This document shows positions 48,586 through 63,500 of a stretch of 64,000 nucleotides of DNA, piece by piece (the stretch's first letter is position 1; each line of letters opens with the position of its first letter). The translations under genes and the position numbers were made by a program. Below the pieces are notes generated by a model, which was not told the DNA's origin, made no database searches, and saw only the letters and a program-made list of their open reading frames with translations. The stretch is from Phoronis australis (lineage: Eukaryota > Animalia > Phoronida). The stretch is from contig NMRA01000085.1 of NCBI GenBank assembly GCA_002633005.1, forward strand, positions 736,619 to 800,618, given 5' to 3'.

Positions 48586-51500
48586 GTGAGGCAAAAAAGT
48601 TCTTTCAAGACCAAAAAATTAGTGATACTTCGCTAAGGTTGTGCACAGTCTGACCTGTAGATGGCATGACGGTATTGGAGTTTCCTCACGAGTTATCACT
48701 AGCTTTAAGCAATGAACATGCCCAAATATGAGTTCACTTTCAGTGGAGCTTTTGTCAAGTCAAATCTTCTGTTTGTGCCAAGCTATCTTAACTTACTAAA
48801 TCATAAAACAAAAACTTATGGTCTGATGTAGACTTATCACTATTAAATGTAAAATGTATATCTCAATCTGAATATCTCAAAATTTCTGTGCTTATAAACG
48901 AAAAACAAAGCTTATGTGTAGCTGTGGTTTGTATCTGTTGATCAGTGCAGGAGTTAGCATGGAGTTGATGGCTCACTGGAATGAACTTAGGAGCTTAATG
49001 TTTCATTCATTAAGTTTCACATCAAGTGTCCTTTGTCGAAATATTCACAGTTTGTTGACTAGAATTACTAACAGGACGCATCTTTTTCTGTTATCCAGGT
49101 GACCGGGAGAATTCAGGAAAAGGCAGGTACGACAGACGTGACCGGGACAATTCTGATTATCGTAGCCGACGAGACGATGATCGCTATGGAAGGGATCGTT
49201 ATAGACGTGACAGGGATGGCCACGACCGACATAGGGGCCGCCATGAGCGAGGCAGATATGACCGTGACTCGTCACGTGAACGAGAGAGATATGACTACAG
49301 AGACAAAAATTATGGTTTGTATCATTTCCATAATGAAATTGGTCTTGTTGTGTTCTGTGAAAACTTTAAGAAAGGACGAAAAGGTTGACCCTGCATTTGG
49401 TGAAAATTTTAAGCAAATTGATCAAATTTTTTTTTGTAATCAATTTCATACCCTATACCATGAACTCTAGATATGCTTACAAATGAAAGGTGCCGAAATA
49501 TGGCGTTCTTAAAGGGGATTCGCCATCGTAGACTTTCCATGTTGAATTCTAAAATGAAGCATTTTGGGATTGAAAGACATTGCCACTCTTTTCCAACCCT
49601 TAACTGTTGCGGTGTTATCGGACTTCTCAAGTAACGGGCAATACGCAAATGCACCATTGTGGAATTCCCTATTTTCAGGGCTTGGAATTTTCCGCGGAAA
49701 CGCGGATTTCTGCTTTTTTGAAATGTGCTTTCCGCTTTTTTATAATATTTCTGCGTAAAAAAAATCGGATTTGATATGAAATTTCCGCGGCAAATTCCTT
49801 TGTTACCGCGGCGTTTCAGACGACGTTCACCTCGGAAAGCGGAAGTCTTTATGTTTCGGAGGAACGTAAATTGTCAACATTGCCGGGGCATCTGGGTAAA
49901 GCGTGGTCTGATTTTCAATGGCGGCTCGTGTTATTGTTAAGCGCGGCGACAAATACTACCGCTCTGCAGCCAAATTTGTGTGGGTTGGGAGTGGACGAGC
50001 GAGCGAAAAGGACGCAGACGCATGCTACTGATGGTGGTAACGTTTTTTGTTTTGTTTTTTGTTTAGTCCTCCCGATTTTTGTCGCGGAAAGGTTCACATT
50101 GACCATTTCAAAGGCTGGTTATCGGGCATGATTTGGGCCGTAAAAGTTTCCGCGTTTTTTGTCATTGGTCATTCCAAGCCCTGTATTTTACAATCAGCCA
50201 AGGGCAATAAGTTGCGAAGCGTTTGCTTGAGGTGCTGACATTTGCGATGTTGTTGGTAAACGAAATCAAATCCTGGTGGAGAGGAATATTATGAGATCGA
50301 TTTTATGAGCTGCAGCAGCCATTTCATTTTTGTTTTCTGGCAGATAAATGTGGAATAAAGTCTGTTTGACATAGTTTTTTCATATTATTATTGTTGTCTC
50401 TGTTTGCTGATGGATTCGCTTCTCTTCTAGATGACAGCAGATACCAGAGCCGGTCGTACCAGGCAGACCACACGTCCTTTGACACATATAACAAGGGTTA
50501 CATTGAAGAACTACGGAGATACTATCTTCAGTACTATGGAGACCCCAGGTAATTGTTGGATTTATAAGAGCCTAAGTTATTATACCGCATAATTTGCTTA
50601 AAGTGGCATTATACTTTTAGTGCCTGTCAAAAAAGTTTTGATTCAGGCTACTTACAGTGAAATGGTCTTGTCTTGTTTCTTACTCCATTTAGAAGTGATC
50701 TTACAGCTAATTATTTCTGACCTGAAATTTTGTGAACTTGTTCTGAATAAATAATATACCATCTTCTCTTCTCTATCCCAGAAATCACATTGATTTTGAC
50801 TAAAAAGGGAACAATTTGAGACCAATTTCATGACGGTTAGTGGTCTATATTAAAACTAGGTTTTGACAAGAAGCATCTAGTTTAATCCTGCCTGAAATTT
50901 TTAGGTTTCCTGTCACAGCCTCTTGTGCTTGATGAAAAATTGTATTTTTTCAGCACGGATTAGTTTTTAAACTACTTGATTCAAATATCGCTGCACCACC
51001 GCCACTTTGATTAACACCAAGAGCTTATTTTATCGTAAATTTTCCTATGTTTCACCGTGCAGTACCTCCCATTTTATAACTTTTTTGAAACAGGTGTGGC
51101 AAAAATGTCTCATTTACAAATTGTGGCCACAAATAACTTTGTTCGTTCCTCTCTTCAGAATTGCTGAACATTACGTTCAACAAACCATGCAACAGTACTA
51201 CGGTAGCTCCACCTATGGGTCACGACCAAGCTCACGATCTGGGTCCCGTCAAGGGTCTCGCAGCAACACCCCAGCCCCGGACGCCTATGGGAGGTAAGGG
51301 TTTAGTTCAGATGGAAAGCTTTGATTTTCCCCAAGTGTGTTTGTTCTGTGACTGAAGGGTACAAAAAATCCTCTAAGCAGGGTGTCCTTGAATAACTATC
51401 AATAATCATTGGAAATGCCGTTGACCTCTCCGTGTTTGTAGAAATTTTTCAAAACTTGGTTTCTGAGTACTAATGGTTGACGGTGACATCTGATACACAA

Positions 51501-54500
51501 TTGAGGTCGAAAATTTCTGTGTATTGTTTATTTTCCGGGGTTATACGATGAAGTTGTCTACCATTCGTAAAATCCCAAGTAATTCGAAACCAGTCAAAAA
51601 TGGTAAAAGACAAGATTTAGCAACTTGAGCTAAGATATTCAGTAATCCGTGTTTTCATTGGCATGGAATTCTGTGGGGTTCTTTATTTAGTGTTTCATGC
51701 CTTCTTCATGGTCTGTTAGAAGGGCATCATTGTGTTAGTTTTCTATTTTGTAGGTCGTCTTCACGGCCTTCCAGTCGCCAAGGTTACGATGATGAATACT
51801 ATGGAAATGCCAGTTACCATAACACCAGCAGCTATGACTACTACAATAACAGTACTTTTGACCAAAGTCAGTTCAACGAGTCCAGGGAAGGTAAATGAGT
51901 CTATGGCTTGACTGATGATTCGCAAAATGGTCTGTAGGTTACAGAAGTGAATTTAGCATGTTTTTAGTTCCTGATGATGGAATTTTTCTGTCAAAACTCA
52001 CATTTTTTGATAGAATTTCTTGGACAAATGACCACTACGTCATCCTGTATGAAGTTTCAAGGACTGGGCTGTTTACAGCTCAGTGCATTGTACGACAACA
52101 AAATTTTACATTTAATTTCACTCCTTATTTGACCAGCTCACAAGTTAATACTAAAAGTGATTCACAACCTTGGCTCTATGCCAACTAGAAACTGGTGGTC
52201 ATATTTCTATGTCTACCCCACTGCCATTTCATGACCCCAGTGCTACCAGTCATCATGATCCTCAGGGTATACATGTATCTAAATATGGTAGTGCTCCATA
52301 TTTGAAATTGTTTTGGACCTTGTTTGGCAATCTTGTGCCTTGTTTGAAAAGCTCTGGGCCACGTTTAAAATCTTCAACCACGCTCTAAATGAGATTTGTT
52401 TCTGATGTACAAGGCAAATTATTGAAATTGTGTTGCAAAGTGGTAACCATTTTTATTCTTTTTCTGTAAAAATGATAGTGAAATGACCAGCGTGTGAAAA
52501 TAATGTGCAACTAATCTTTTGTGAAATGAGACAAAGTAAGATTAGGACGGGAAAACATGACATGCAATTTGCACTGTTTGAATTGTTGTGGGAGTACCTG
52601 TGGTATGACTGGTTTACTAGGTTTCTAGGGCCATGTGATTTTCCGTGTTAATTGTGCCAGTTGTACTTTCAGTTGCTCAAGAGACGGTATCGGGTCGACT
52701 CACCCCACCCAAGCACATCCTCCCTCACGCACACGTCTATTTCACTGCCACTGGTCAGCTGATCAAGGTTGTTCCGAATCGGCCTGCAGAGGGCGAACCT
52801 GCATCGGTCGAGTTCCACGATGTGTCCGCAGTGTTGACTGACAGCTCAGAGGCTGATGAACTCCGTGCTTTCCCAGGGCCTCTGGTCAAGTGAGTTGGGT
52901 TCATTGAGCTGATATTGCCATTGCTTTGGTGAAAATGGTTTTGTCATTTGGCACATGTTGATGCTTTAAGTTTAGTCTTGTCTTGTGAAGCTTGTTACAT
53001 TAAAATTAGCTTAAGTTTAAATAGCAATATTTCTATGGATTTCTGTCTTCAGGCAAAGCTTTTTGTAAAACAAAATTTATAGAAATTATTCATTTCATGT
53101 AATGTAAAGTACAAAAAATAATGCACGTTGTTGCCCAAGTGTTGGATTTTGTGCAGTTTAGGATTTCCAGGATTAGCATATTACTGGTTCTATGGATCGC
53201 TTTGTGTTGTTTTTGAGGAGTTGATGGGCTTGGTCAGTTTCCTGAGTCAAGTACCGCTTTGCTGGAACCCCTAATGGCCCATGTAGTTGTTAATGCAGCT
53301 TGATATTGAGGGTGTTCAAACGCATATAGTGGTCCGGTGTTGGCATTGTCGTAAACATTATCACTCTAACTGTGGCAAGTTTAAGGATTTGTACGTGGTT
53401 TCCAGTTGGTGATCAGTTGACGTTCCTTGAAATTGTTCGATTGGGTTGAGCATTTTTTTAATTTTGTTAAACAGTTCAGAGCAATGAACGGTGAAATTTT
53501 GCTTATTTTCTAGACAGATGCAGAGATATTTGCAGAGTTGTTTCACTGGTGTGTGCTTTTCAGCTATTACCAACTTTTTCATAAAATATTTATTTGACTC
53601 ACCTTGTTGTTCAAGACTTTTTATTTTGCTGAGAGACTATTTAGGAGCTGTTCAAGCTGTCATTCACTTTAATAACTCTTCCTTTTCAGGGGCGAGACTC
53701 ACAAGGCCGATGTGATCTCATTCTGCCAGGCCAAGATACGTCAGTGTCGGGAAGACCTGAGTATGATCGATCGGGAATCAGCTGAGCTGGTGTGGAGGTT
53801 CCTGACTCTGCTGATCAAACAGAATGGGGTGAGTGTTCAAAATGAGTTAGACAGTAGTCATATTGACCTGGTTTTATTTCAACCTAATTCGAATTCCTCA
53901 AGTCACGTGGACTTGAATCAGGGAATGATGATAATTGGACAGGTGACTGTGACCTCAGGAGGGAACACTGTCTCTTGATTATTTCAAGCAATGTCATCCA
54001 AAATGCATGATTATTTTTCTCTTCGTTATCAAGGTATTTAGGGGTGGAGTCATCTGCCTGATAATGTCAGAGTTATCAGTGCGGAGTTTTCAGTTAGTTG
54101 CCTATGAATTCTTCAAGATTCTGTCTATGTAGCAGTTGTGACACCTGTTGGACATTGCCTTCATACAACAAATATACATACTCCCTCTGTTGGTAACAAA
54201 ACCTCCTCTTGGCTCCGTGCCATTATTAATGTTTGTGAATGTTAGTATGTAGCTTCATTGTTGGAAATTATCCAATGCTCGAATAAACTTTGCTTAACTT
54301 TAAGTGTTTGTCTTGTAGCGTTTTTGTGCATTCTTTGAAATTGTTGAGATATTTGTGGATTGAGTCATGTCATGACGTTTGGAGAGAGTTTCTGTCAGGA
54401 ACATCTTTTTTCTAGACTGTTGTTGGATCTGATGTAGCCGAGCTGTTGTTAGAAGGTCACGAGGCCACAACCCAACAGTATGATGAACAGGGCTTAGAGG

Positions 54501-57500
54501 TCATGGGCAACAGCGACGTGTCGACGAAGGCGGAGCCTAATGGCACGGGAGAGGTTGAACCACGGGTCAGGCATCTGTCAACGACTCAGGATGTCACAGA
54601 TAGGTTCCGACATCTGCTTTTGTATGGACGGAAAAAGGTGTGATGAATGTATAACTCATTAGAAAATTAATCTAGGATAACCTGTAACCAAAAATGACAC
54701 TGAAAACAACTGTATTCTCCTTTAAAGGAACAAGCTTGTTGTAGAGAGGGAGAAATATATTTGATATTCCCATATATTTATAACTTAGGATGAACCTGGC
54801 AATTGCTTAGTCTGTATTTGCTTGACAGTTAAGAGTTTGATGCTCTGCAAATTATAAGTGGTGCAATAACTGTAAATTAATTGAAATACCGTTACTTACA
54901 ATTTATTTTCTTCTATCTGTAATTTTGCGTGCAAAACTTAATGTAATTCTCCTGGGTATGTTGTTGTTACGTCCATCTCTCTCTCTCTGCAGGATGCCCT
55001 TGAGTGGGCAGCCAAAAATCATCTGTGGGGACACGCCCTCTTCTTGGCCTCTAAGATGGACGCCAGGACTCATGCGCAGATTCTGACGAGATTCGCCAAT
55101 GTGGCTATGCGTCTCAACGACCCTCTGCAGACATTGTACCAACTGATGTCGGGTCGTCAGCCGGCTGCATCAACGGTTAGTTGACTCATTATACCTGTGG
55201 TGTAGGTTTACCTGTCTTAACGAAATTGCAGCGGTGTTTATGACATGTTTCCTGTAGACGTTCATGAGTCACTGGGATGGAGACTAAATATTGTGTCCAC
55301 ATGATTTAGGACACATTAATAACGTGTACCTCAGAGCTAGTCATGCTGTTTGTGTGAAATTTATCCGGTGTTCTGCAAGCTGGTGTCTGAAATTATTATT
55401 CCACAAACAGCACCATGGCAACCATTTTAGCATTTTTATCATGGTTCGTTGCTTCTTAAATTCGATTCACTGACTCAAAGTTGTAAAATAAAGCATAATT
55501 ATTGCTTTATTTGTTTTTTTTTATTCATTTAAACAACTTTGGATTCAGACCATGCATCCTAATGAAGTTGGTCACTAATTGTTCCTTTTTTGGTCAAATT
55601 ACAGACTATTTTATGACTTCCAAATAACTGGTTTTTCATTATTGTCTTGTTGGGCTTGTCATTTTATGTGTTGAGCAGGTTTCAGGAAATAACTAACTAT
55701 GTCATGGGTTAAGCACTATTTTAGCTGTAATTTCAAGTGCGCTGTAACTTGAGTTTGCTAATTCTGCTTTTTGCTAATTTGAAAGTTTGAGTTAATGACT
55801 TGCCGGGTTATTCCTGTTTGAGATTTTGCTAATTCCGGGTAAACTTTTAAAAACTTTTTTGTTAACTGAGTCAGACGTATTTTTTTCTGTTAATGCACTT
55901 GGCATTTTTTCATTAATTATTAAATATCTTTAGTCTGAATCATTCAATATTTTCTCTAAAGCTGAATAAAAATACACCTTTCGTTAGATAATGTTAATTT
56001 TCAATTTACTTTTTAAGACTTTGTGCTACCCTGCACCCAACAAGGTAACCTTTTATTCAACTACTGCACGCTCACCTTTCTCAAAGACACACTTGTCACT
56101 GTATCCATAGAAACACCAATGCCCCGACTGTAACCTCAGCCATTTTGTTAATGTTATAGTATGCATTACTGCTGACGACTTGTGGCGCCCTCTGGTTTAC
56201 TCTAACACAGAGACTTATTGTTGTAGGAGGACTTGTGTCGTAACTTTTGGTTAATGGTTTGTGTCAATAAGCGACCATTCTTATTGTTGTTAAATTTTGT
56301 TATTTGTTGTTGGTTATTTACTAAAAATTGAATTGTACAAATTGATTTATAATTAACTTCCACAAATTAAAAAGTTAAATGATGCTAAATTGATTTTAAC
56401 TGCTTTCGTCTGATTATCATTGTTTAATTTGAATTACGATGCTCTTGTCTTTGTATATTTGTCAAATAGTAGTCAGTGTTGCGTCATACATTTGTTTGTA
56501 TTAAAGGCCTCTGGTCCAAGGTACAATAAACAAAAATTAAACAGGCACATTTGTACACGCAGTGAGTGCTCCTGGCAACTGATAATGTACATGTCATAGG
56601 GAAGGGAGAAACCTCCAGTCTTCCTTAAAGAATACGTTTTTGAAAGTAACCTGATTACACCATCTTTTCCTGCTCAACAGTATCTGTTCAAATTTGTCAG
56701 TGCATTTGACACATGATATCCACCCTAGTTTTTGTCTTGCAGGGTCTTAGTGACACCAAATGGGGAGACTGGCGCCCTCACTTGGCCATGATCCTGTCCA
56801 ATGCCTCGGCCAATCCCCATGTAGACAGGAAATCCATCATCGCCCTCGGGGACACGCTTGGTGAGTCAATTTTCGGCATATCACACACACTGTGGTCTTG
56901 AAAAGTCATGAGAACAGAAAAGTGGTCGTAAGTTTTCACTGTGTGGTTTTATCATCCTATGTTATTTCAAAGCTACTTCTGATCAATTCTGAAGGCATTG
57001 TTCCGTTTGCAATAAAAGCAAACGCTTTGTGTTCTGTCTCGTCAGGGCTAATTACCTTGTATTTTCAGCCTCGCGTGGATTCATGCATGGTGCACACTTC
57101 TGTTACCTCATGGCTCAGGTCCCATTCGGCAACTTTGAAAAGAAAAGCTCAAAGATCGTGCTAATTGGGTCCAATCACGGGTGAGTAGAGCTTGGCCCCA
57201 CCCACCTTGTTGATGGAGTCGATGGTAGATTTTGATAAATGATTTTCATACTTCCCGTATGTTAAGTGTTATTAAAGTGTTACTGTTTTTCAGTGTTTTT
57301 GACTTATGGAAAATTTAACTTATTTATCACGGAAAATCGATGATTTTGTCTTCCTGTCGTTTGTCTAGGTTACCATGGGAGCAATTCACCACATGCGAGG
57401 CCATCCAACGTACGGAGGTGTTCGAGTATGCCCAGTTGCTAGGCAACCCCATGTTCAGCCTGGTCAACTTCCAGTTGTACAAGTTCTTGTATTCTACTCG

Positions 57501-60500
57501 TCTGACTGAGAATGGTTTACATTTGGAGGTGAGCCACCAGTTCTCTTTGTTTTGTGGCATCATTTTTTTAAACACAGTTGCAGTCACAGTTTGACGTTTG
57601 TTTACCCTTATTAGTTATCGACAGATCATCAGTATGATAAAGTTGCAGTGCAAACACATTGCGTGTTTAGGGTGTGCAGTCATTCAGTCCTCTCCCATCC
57701 ATTGTTCTAAAATTACCTATTGTAGCATTCATGTTAAAGAAGCGGACCAAATTTATGCAAATTTCTGAGGAGTCTGTGCAACGACTTCCATCTTCTCTGA
57801 CACTCACATGTCCACGTGTTCTGCCCGTCTGCGGCATAAACCAAATTACACGTAGGGTCTGCCTCATTGTCATTGCTGTCCTAGAACTCCTCTGGTCGTT
57901 CTGATTTTTATGAAACAACTGAAGGAATTCTGCTGGTCAGTTCTGTGAGAGGGTTTTGTTCAGTGAGCACGTACAACTTCTTGGGTGAGTAAAGCTGGTT
58001 GTTACCACTGATTGCACCATGATATGTTTCAGGCGCTTAAATATTGCGAAGTACTAGCCAACACCATTCAACAGATGCCAGGTGCATACTCTGAGGTTCT
58101 TGTCAAAAACGTCTACGAGGTGAGTTTGTGAGCCGTATAATCAATTCTAAGACAAGATCTAAACATTCGCCGTATTGCAACATACTCTTCAGTACAATAA
58201 TGACCAGGAAATAGAAACTGTTTTATTATTATAACTTTTAAGTCTAAGGATACTGTAAGTTGTTATTTCATTTCCGTTCTGCGACTAACTACAGTGTATA
58301 ATTATTCTGTGGTTGATGTTGATGTCATAAGTCGATATGTTATCTCACCACATTCTTTTAGTTTCCGCTTGGTATAATTATTTTTAATACAGTTTTGTGT
58401 CATTGTGTTTCAGCTTGGTCACAAGCTAATGTACAGCGACCCTCAGTCTCTACATATGGGTGAATATATGGAGGAACCCTATTGGTTGTCACAGCTCAAG
58501 TCAATCCTCCAAGCGTTTGAGGAGGGCGCCATTCAGCCAATTTCTGGCACACAGACCCCCATGGGTTACAGTGGGTCGGGAGCTGGCAGTGAGGCTGGGG
58601 ACCCATCCCGCGGTTACCAGGGCAACCAGTCATATGATCAGAGTGTGGGGCAACAATATCCAGGTAAAAGAAAAGGTTTAGGGCTGAGTGTGGTATTCAG
58701 CTGTGCACGCAGTGTTTTCATTCACTTGAGAAAAGAGTGTGACTAATTCTGGTAAAGACTTTTGAAACCTTGTCGGCAAAAACTGAGATTGGATAACCTA
58801 AATGTTTGTACAGAGTGTGCAATTGTGTGATCAGTTCTATCAAATGCTTATGAAATATTCATTAACGATACGAGAAATGTGTATAATTCAGGTGTTCCGT
58901 GTACTTTTGGACTCTTAAGGGAAATGAGTACCATTAGTCACCTCCTTTATGCTTTGGCATTTCCGGTTGACGAACTTAATCTTAATTCATGTCAGACTGA
59001 GTTTACGTTTCATAAAATAAAATTCTTTAAAATGGTTGTTTGTGTGCAAGATTATTTGATTCAATTGCAATCTCCAATTCACCACATTACAGGCCAATAC
59101 GCCACCAATTGGCAGTCAAGTCAACAACAGGTTGACTGGTCCCAACAGACACAGATGGCTTGGTACCAGCAGCAACCATATCAACAACCAGGCAGGTCAC
59201 AGGAGCAGCAGCAGCAGCCACCACAAGGTCAGTACGGCTACCAACAACAGGTGACACAACAGCAATATGGCGGAGGTCAGTATGACCTTCCGGACGGTCA
59301 GGAAGCAGACCCAAGTCAACAACAGGGGGAGCTGTTGGCAGGCATGCCAGATCAGAGGAGGGGTTCCTTAATGAACCAAGGAGGAACATCGGGACAGGTG
59401 AGTGTGGAGAGTAACTACAATAAATGTGCTAGAGCTAGTTGCATTTTGTGAAATTTTGAAATTTTCTTGAAAGTTTTTCCGGCATTTTCACCCGTTTAGA
59501 ACACTTTTATCAGTCATTCACAAAAGGTGTAATGTCCAATTCCGTGCAACCACGGCGGCCATTTTGTTGGTACACTACCAGACATTTAAAAATTGTTTTG
59601 AAAATAGCGTATATATTTTACTCTCACTGGTTAATTTTGAAAATGTGTGTTGAAAGAGCACCATTTTGGAATAAGTTCAAACTAGATGACTGTGTTTGCG
59701 GCAAATCAATTATGGTGTAGAACTTCACGTTTTAATGTTGTTAACTTTCGCCAGATTTTCTTAATTAAATTTCTAAGTAAGTTGCTTATGCCTGCTTCGA
59801 GTGATATATATCTCATGCTGTTTATCAAAGTGGTAATGAACACCACAGCAGTTACATGATTTGTTCATATCAAGGACTTACGGGGTTTGGAATATGATGC
59901 TTATCTGTGAATCGTCCGTGAACTGTAGACTGTGTAATATAGATTATGCGAAGAGCATCCTGTAAGGGAACAAAACAATACTTTGTGAAAAGTCAAACAA
60001 ATTTTTCAGTCACATATGCGATTAAAGATGAAACCATATAGTACAATGAAAAAATATCAAAAATGTCATATTTATGAAAACTTGCCAATATTTTGATCTT
60101 AAGTGGAGTGCATTTGTCTTTCCCTACAGAACCAAGTAGTGCCCCCTTTGGATCTTAATCTGGCTGATTCGATGAATTCCCAATTCACCACAACGACTGT
60201 GTCGTCGAGCGAAGCTGAGTCGCCTTTGTCTGACAGCATGGCCTCACAGGATTACTACAACATGGCCACTAGGGTGAGTTGGAGTGCATAACATCATGTG
60301 CTGTTGAATCTTTGTATTGAAGCTCATCGGTATTACTGTGCTACGAGAGCATAACAATGGCTGTTTATTCTATTGTATAAATCTACTGTTTCTTAATGCT
60401 TGTCGTTCAGGGTACTGGTATAATTTTTTTACACAGATCTTTTCGGATGCGAGCTCCTAGTTATGTACACTACGAGGCCTCTTAATGGCACTTAAAAGGT

Positions 60501-63500
60501 CTTCATTTATGCTTGTGTGCTGCCCACAGCAGCAAAAACGAACCAGTTTGAGAGATTTTGTGTTAACTTTTAATCACTTTAAACAAATATTTCAAAACAT
60601 GCCAATGCAATTCAGAGATAACATTCTCATGAGATCGTGCACAAGAACTGATAAACACCTCGCGCTCCCTGGTTGTTAGAATATTAGCATTTGCTTTTGT
60701 TGTAAACATCAAACATCAGCGGCTTATGTGTCTTATCAAAATGTGACTGCGAATGACAGGGAAATGTGTGATCAATGACTGCTAATTAAAAATGCATGGA
60801 ATGTAAACTTAAGGCTGATAGGTTAACTGGCATGATTGCTTCTAGTGTGCGATAATGGTTTGACAATTGTGTTCTGTTGTATTGTGGTAAACACTGTCAT
60901 GTCCATGTGCACTTTCGGTTTCTCCCTTTCTGTTTACTCTGCTAAAGAATAAGAAAGTGAAGTCGAAGAAGAGAGATCTAGTTGTTTATCCGTTAAATGA
61001 CAAAATGAGGGTGGAGGACTTAGCTGAGGAAATAAACAAGAAACCCCTTCCTAAAAAATCTCCCAGGAACAAAAAGCCGTATGACATTCCACTTAGTCAG
61101 GTATAAGATGTTGTTGATGTTTTGATTTGGTAGTGTACTATTTCTATCAGTTTAGTGTCGTGAAACTCTGCGTTTTTATTTCTTTCTCAAACCAATCTTG
61201 CGTGTTATTTTTCTGCTTGAAATTGTAAATCTGTTATTCGTGACAGCAACGACAAAGTGGTAATCATGTGAAGGTGTTTTATCACTTCATCAGTAATTTT
61301 GAATTTGCGCCAATTTATTTATTTTTTTTGATTAAATGATTTAGTACAATCCAAGGTTTATCTTTTCTCAAACTTTAGTACAATTACAGGGCTGGTCTCA
61401 ACACACACTGTAACACTAAAATGTAATATCTCCTACTTTAACCCCCTTTAATAGCAGATGCCAACTTCAAGGTTTTTGTTCTTTTGCTCCTCATGTTTCG
61501 ATTCGATTGTGTATTATACACTTTAGCACAATCATGAGTTTTCAGTTCGTTGTTCAGAATTTCTTGTTTTTGCCTCCGCTCTCTCTTTCTCCCTCTATTT
61601 CTCCTTATCTCTCTTATCACTTGATGTTCATCCTATCCTTTGTCCCCTAACATTGCTTGTCTCTCTCAATCTCCTTTGTCTCCTACTAACACTGCTTGTT
61701 TATTGTTTCTGTCACCTTCTCCATCTCCTAACTCTCCATGTTTCCTCTGTCTCTCTCTCTCTCTTCCTTTCTAGTCTAAGCCACCTGTACCCCTTAACCC
61801 CACACTGTCTTCTCATCAACGTCGCAACAGCAATAACCGCATGGCTCGTCGCGTCACCTTTTACAGTCCTCCGCATCAGTCAGCAGGTCAAAGACCAAAA
61901 ATGTCATCCATTCATGCAACGCCTCCGCGTGCAATGGTGCACCAGTTTGACCAGAGGAATTCATCTGTTCAGACTCCACCTGCTTCTCCCATGAAACGTA
62001 ATGAGTGCCAACAGAATGTCCAAAGACCAACACTTGTTAACATCTATCCGCCCCAAAGTCCTGCATCATCAACATCATCGTGTTTTCATCGATCTCCCTT
62101 AGTATCACCTGTAAAAAGTCAATTGTTTGGCTCGCCAGTCCGAAGCCCAGTGAACTTGATTCAGCCCGGCAGCCCAAAGGTGTTGTGTCTTGCAGAAAGC
62201 CCTACCATCCCAGGAACGTTTGGGATATCCCATCAATTTACTATAGTTAGAGAAGATGATCTGGTACAGCCATCCCCAGTTTTGCCTTCAATGCACCATG
62301 AACTGGACTGTGCTTTAGGAGAATTTCTAGTACAGCCTTGCCCCGTGCAGCTAAGCTTGGGAGCTCTTGGTCCACCGCCGAGACCTCCAAGAAAAATGAA
62401 TTCCGGGACCATTACCCATAAGTTACCAATGTCTCCACAACTAAGACCTCCAAGAAGACAAGCTCCCAGTGCCCCACCACACAAGTCACCAATGCCTCCG
62501 CTTGTAACTCCTCCAATAAGACCAGACGTGGAGTCTGTACCACACACGTCACCAATGGCACCACTTCCAAGAAGACAAACACTTGCTGCCATACCTCAAA
62601 AGTCACCAGTGTCCCCACCAGCAACACCTCTAAGAAGACAAGCTCCTGTCACCGTACCACAAAAGCTACCAATGGCTCCAATAATGACACCTCAAAGAAA
62701 ACCACCTCCTGTTACTATACCACAATCTTCACCAATGCCTCTACTAACAACATGTGCAAGAAGACAAGCTCCTGCCACAGTGCCACAAACATTACCAATA
62801 TCTCCGCTAGTGACACCTCTTGGAATCCAAGTTCCTGCCACCTTACCACTAACGTCACCAATATCTCCATTAGTGACATCTCTAGACATACAAGCTCCTA
62901 TCACTGTACCACAAACGTCACCAATATCTCCACTAGTGACACCTTTTGGTATACAAGCTCCTGTCACCGTACCACAAACGTCACCAATATCTCCACTAGT
63001 GACGCCTCTAGGAATACAAGCTCCTGCCACCATATCACAAACGTCACCAATATCTCCATTAGTGACATCTCTAGACATACAAGCTCCTGTCACAGTATCA
63101 CAAACGTCACCGAAATCTCCTCTAGTGACACCTTTAGGAATACAAGCTCCTGGCACCCTATCATTAACGTCACCAATTTCACCACTAGCAACACCTTTAG
63201 GAATGCAAGCTCCTGTCACAGTACCACAAATGTCTCCAGTATCTCCACTAGTGACACCTCTAGGAATACAGGCTCCTGCTACCATACCAGAAGTGTCACC
63301 AAAGTCTCCATATGCGACAGCTCCAACAAGAGAAGCTCCTCTCACTGCCCCCCAAACCTCACCTGTATCTCCACAAAAGTCACCTTCAAGAGAGAGACTT
63401 GACTCCTGGACCTTACCACTCAAGTCACCCATCTCTGCTCTGCCTTGTCCGCAAGTTCTTGAGCCACCAGGTCATCCCAAGTATGGCTCCATGAAGACAC

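Noticed and set aside
62692-63432. 246-aa minus-strand ORF and 216-aa alternative plus-frame ORF
   Set aside because: Shadow frames of the 63-bp coding repeat; the frame from 61775 is much longer and has a splice acceptor
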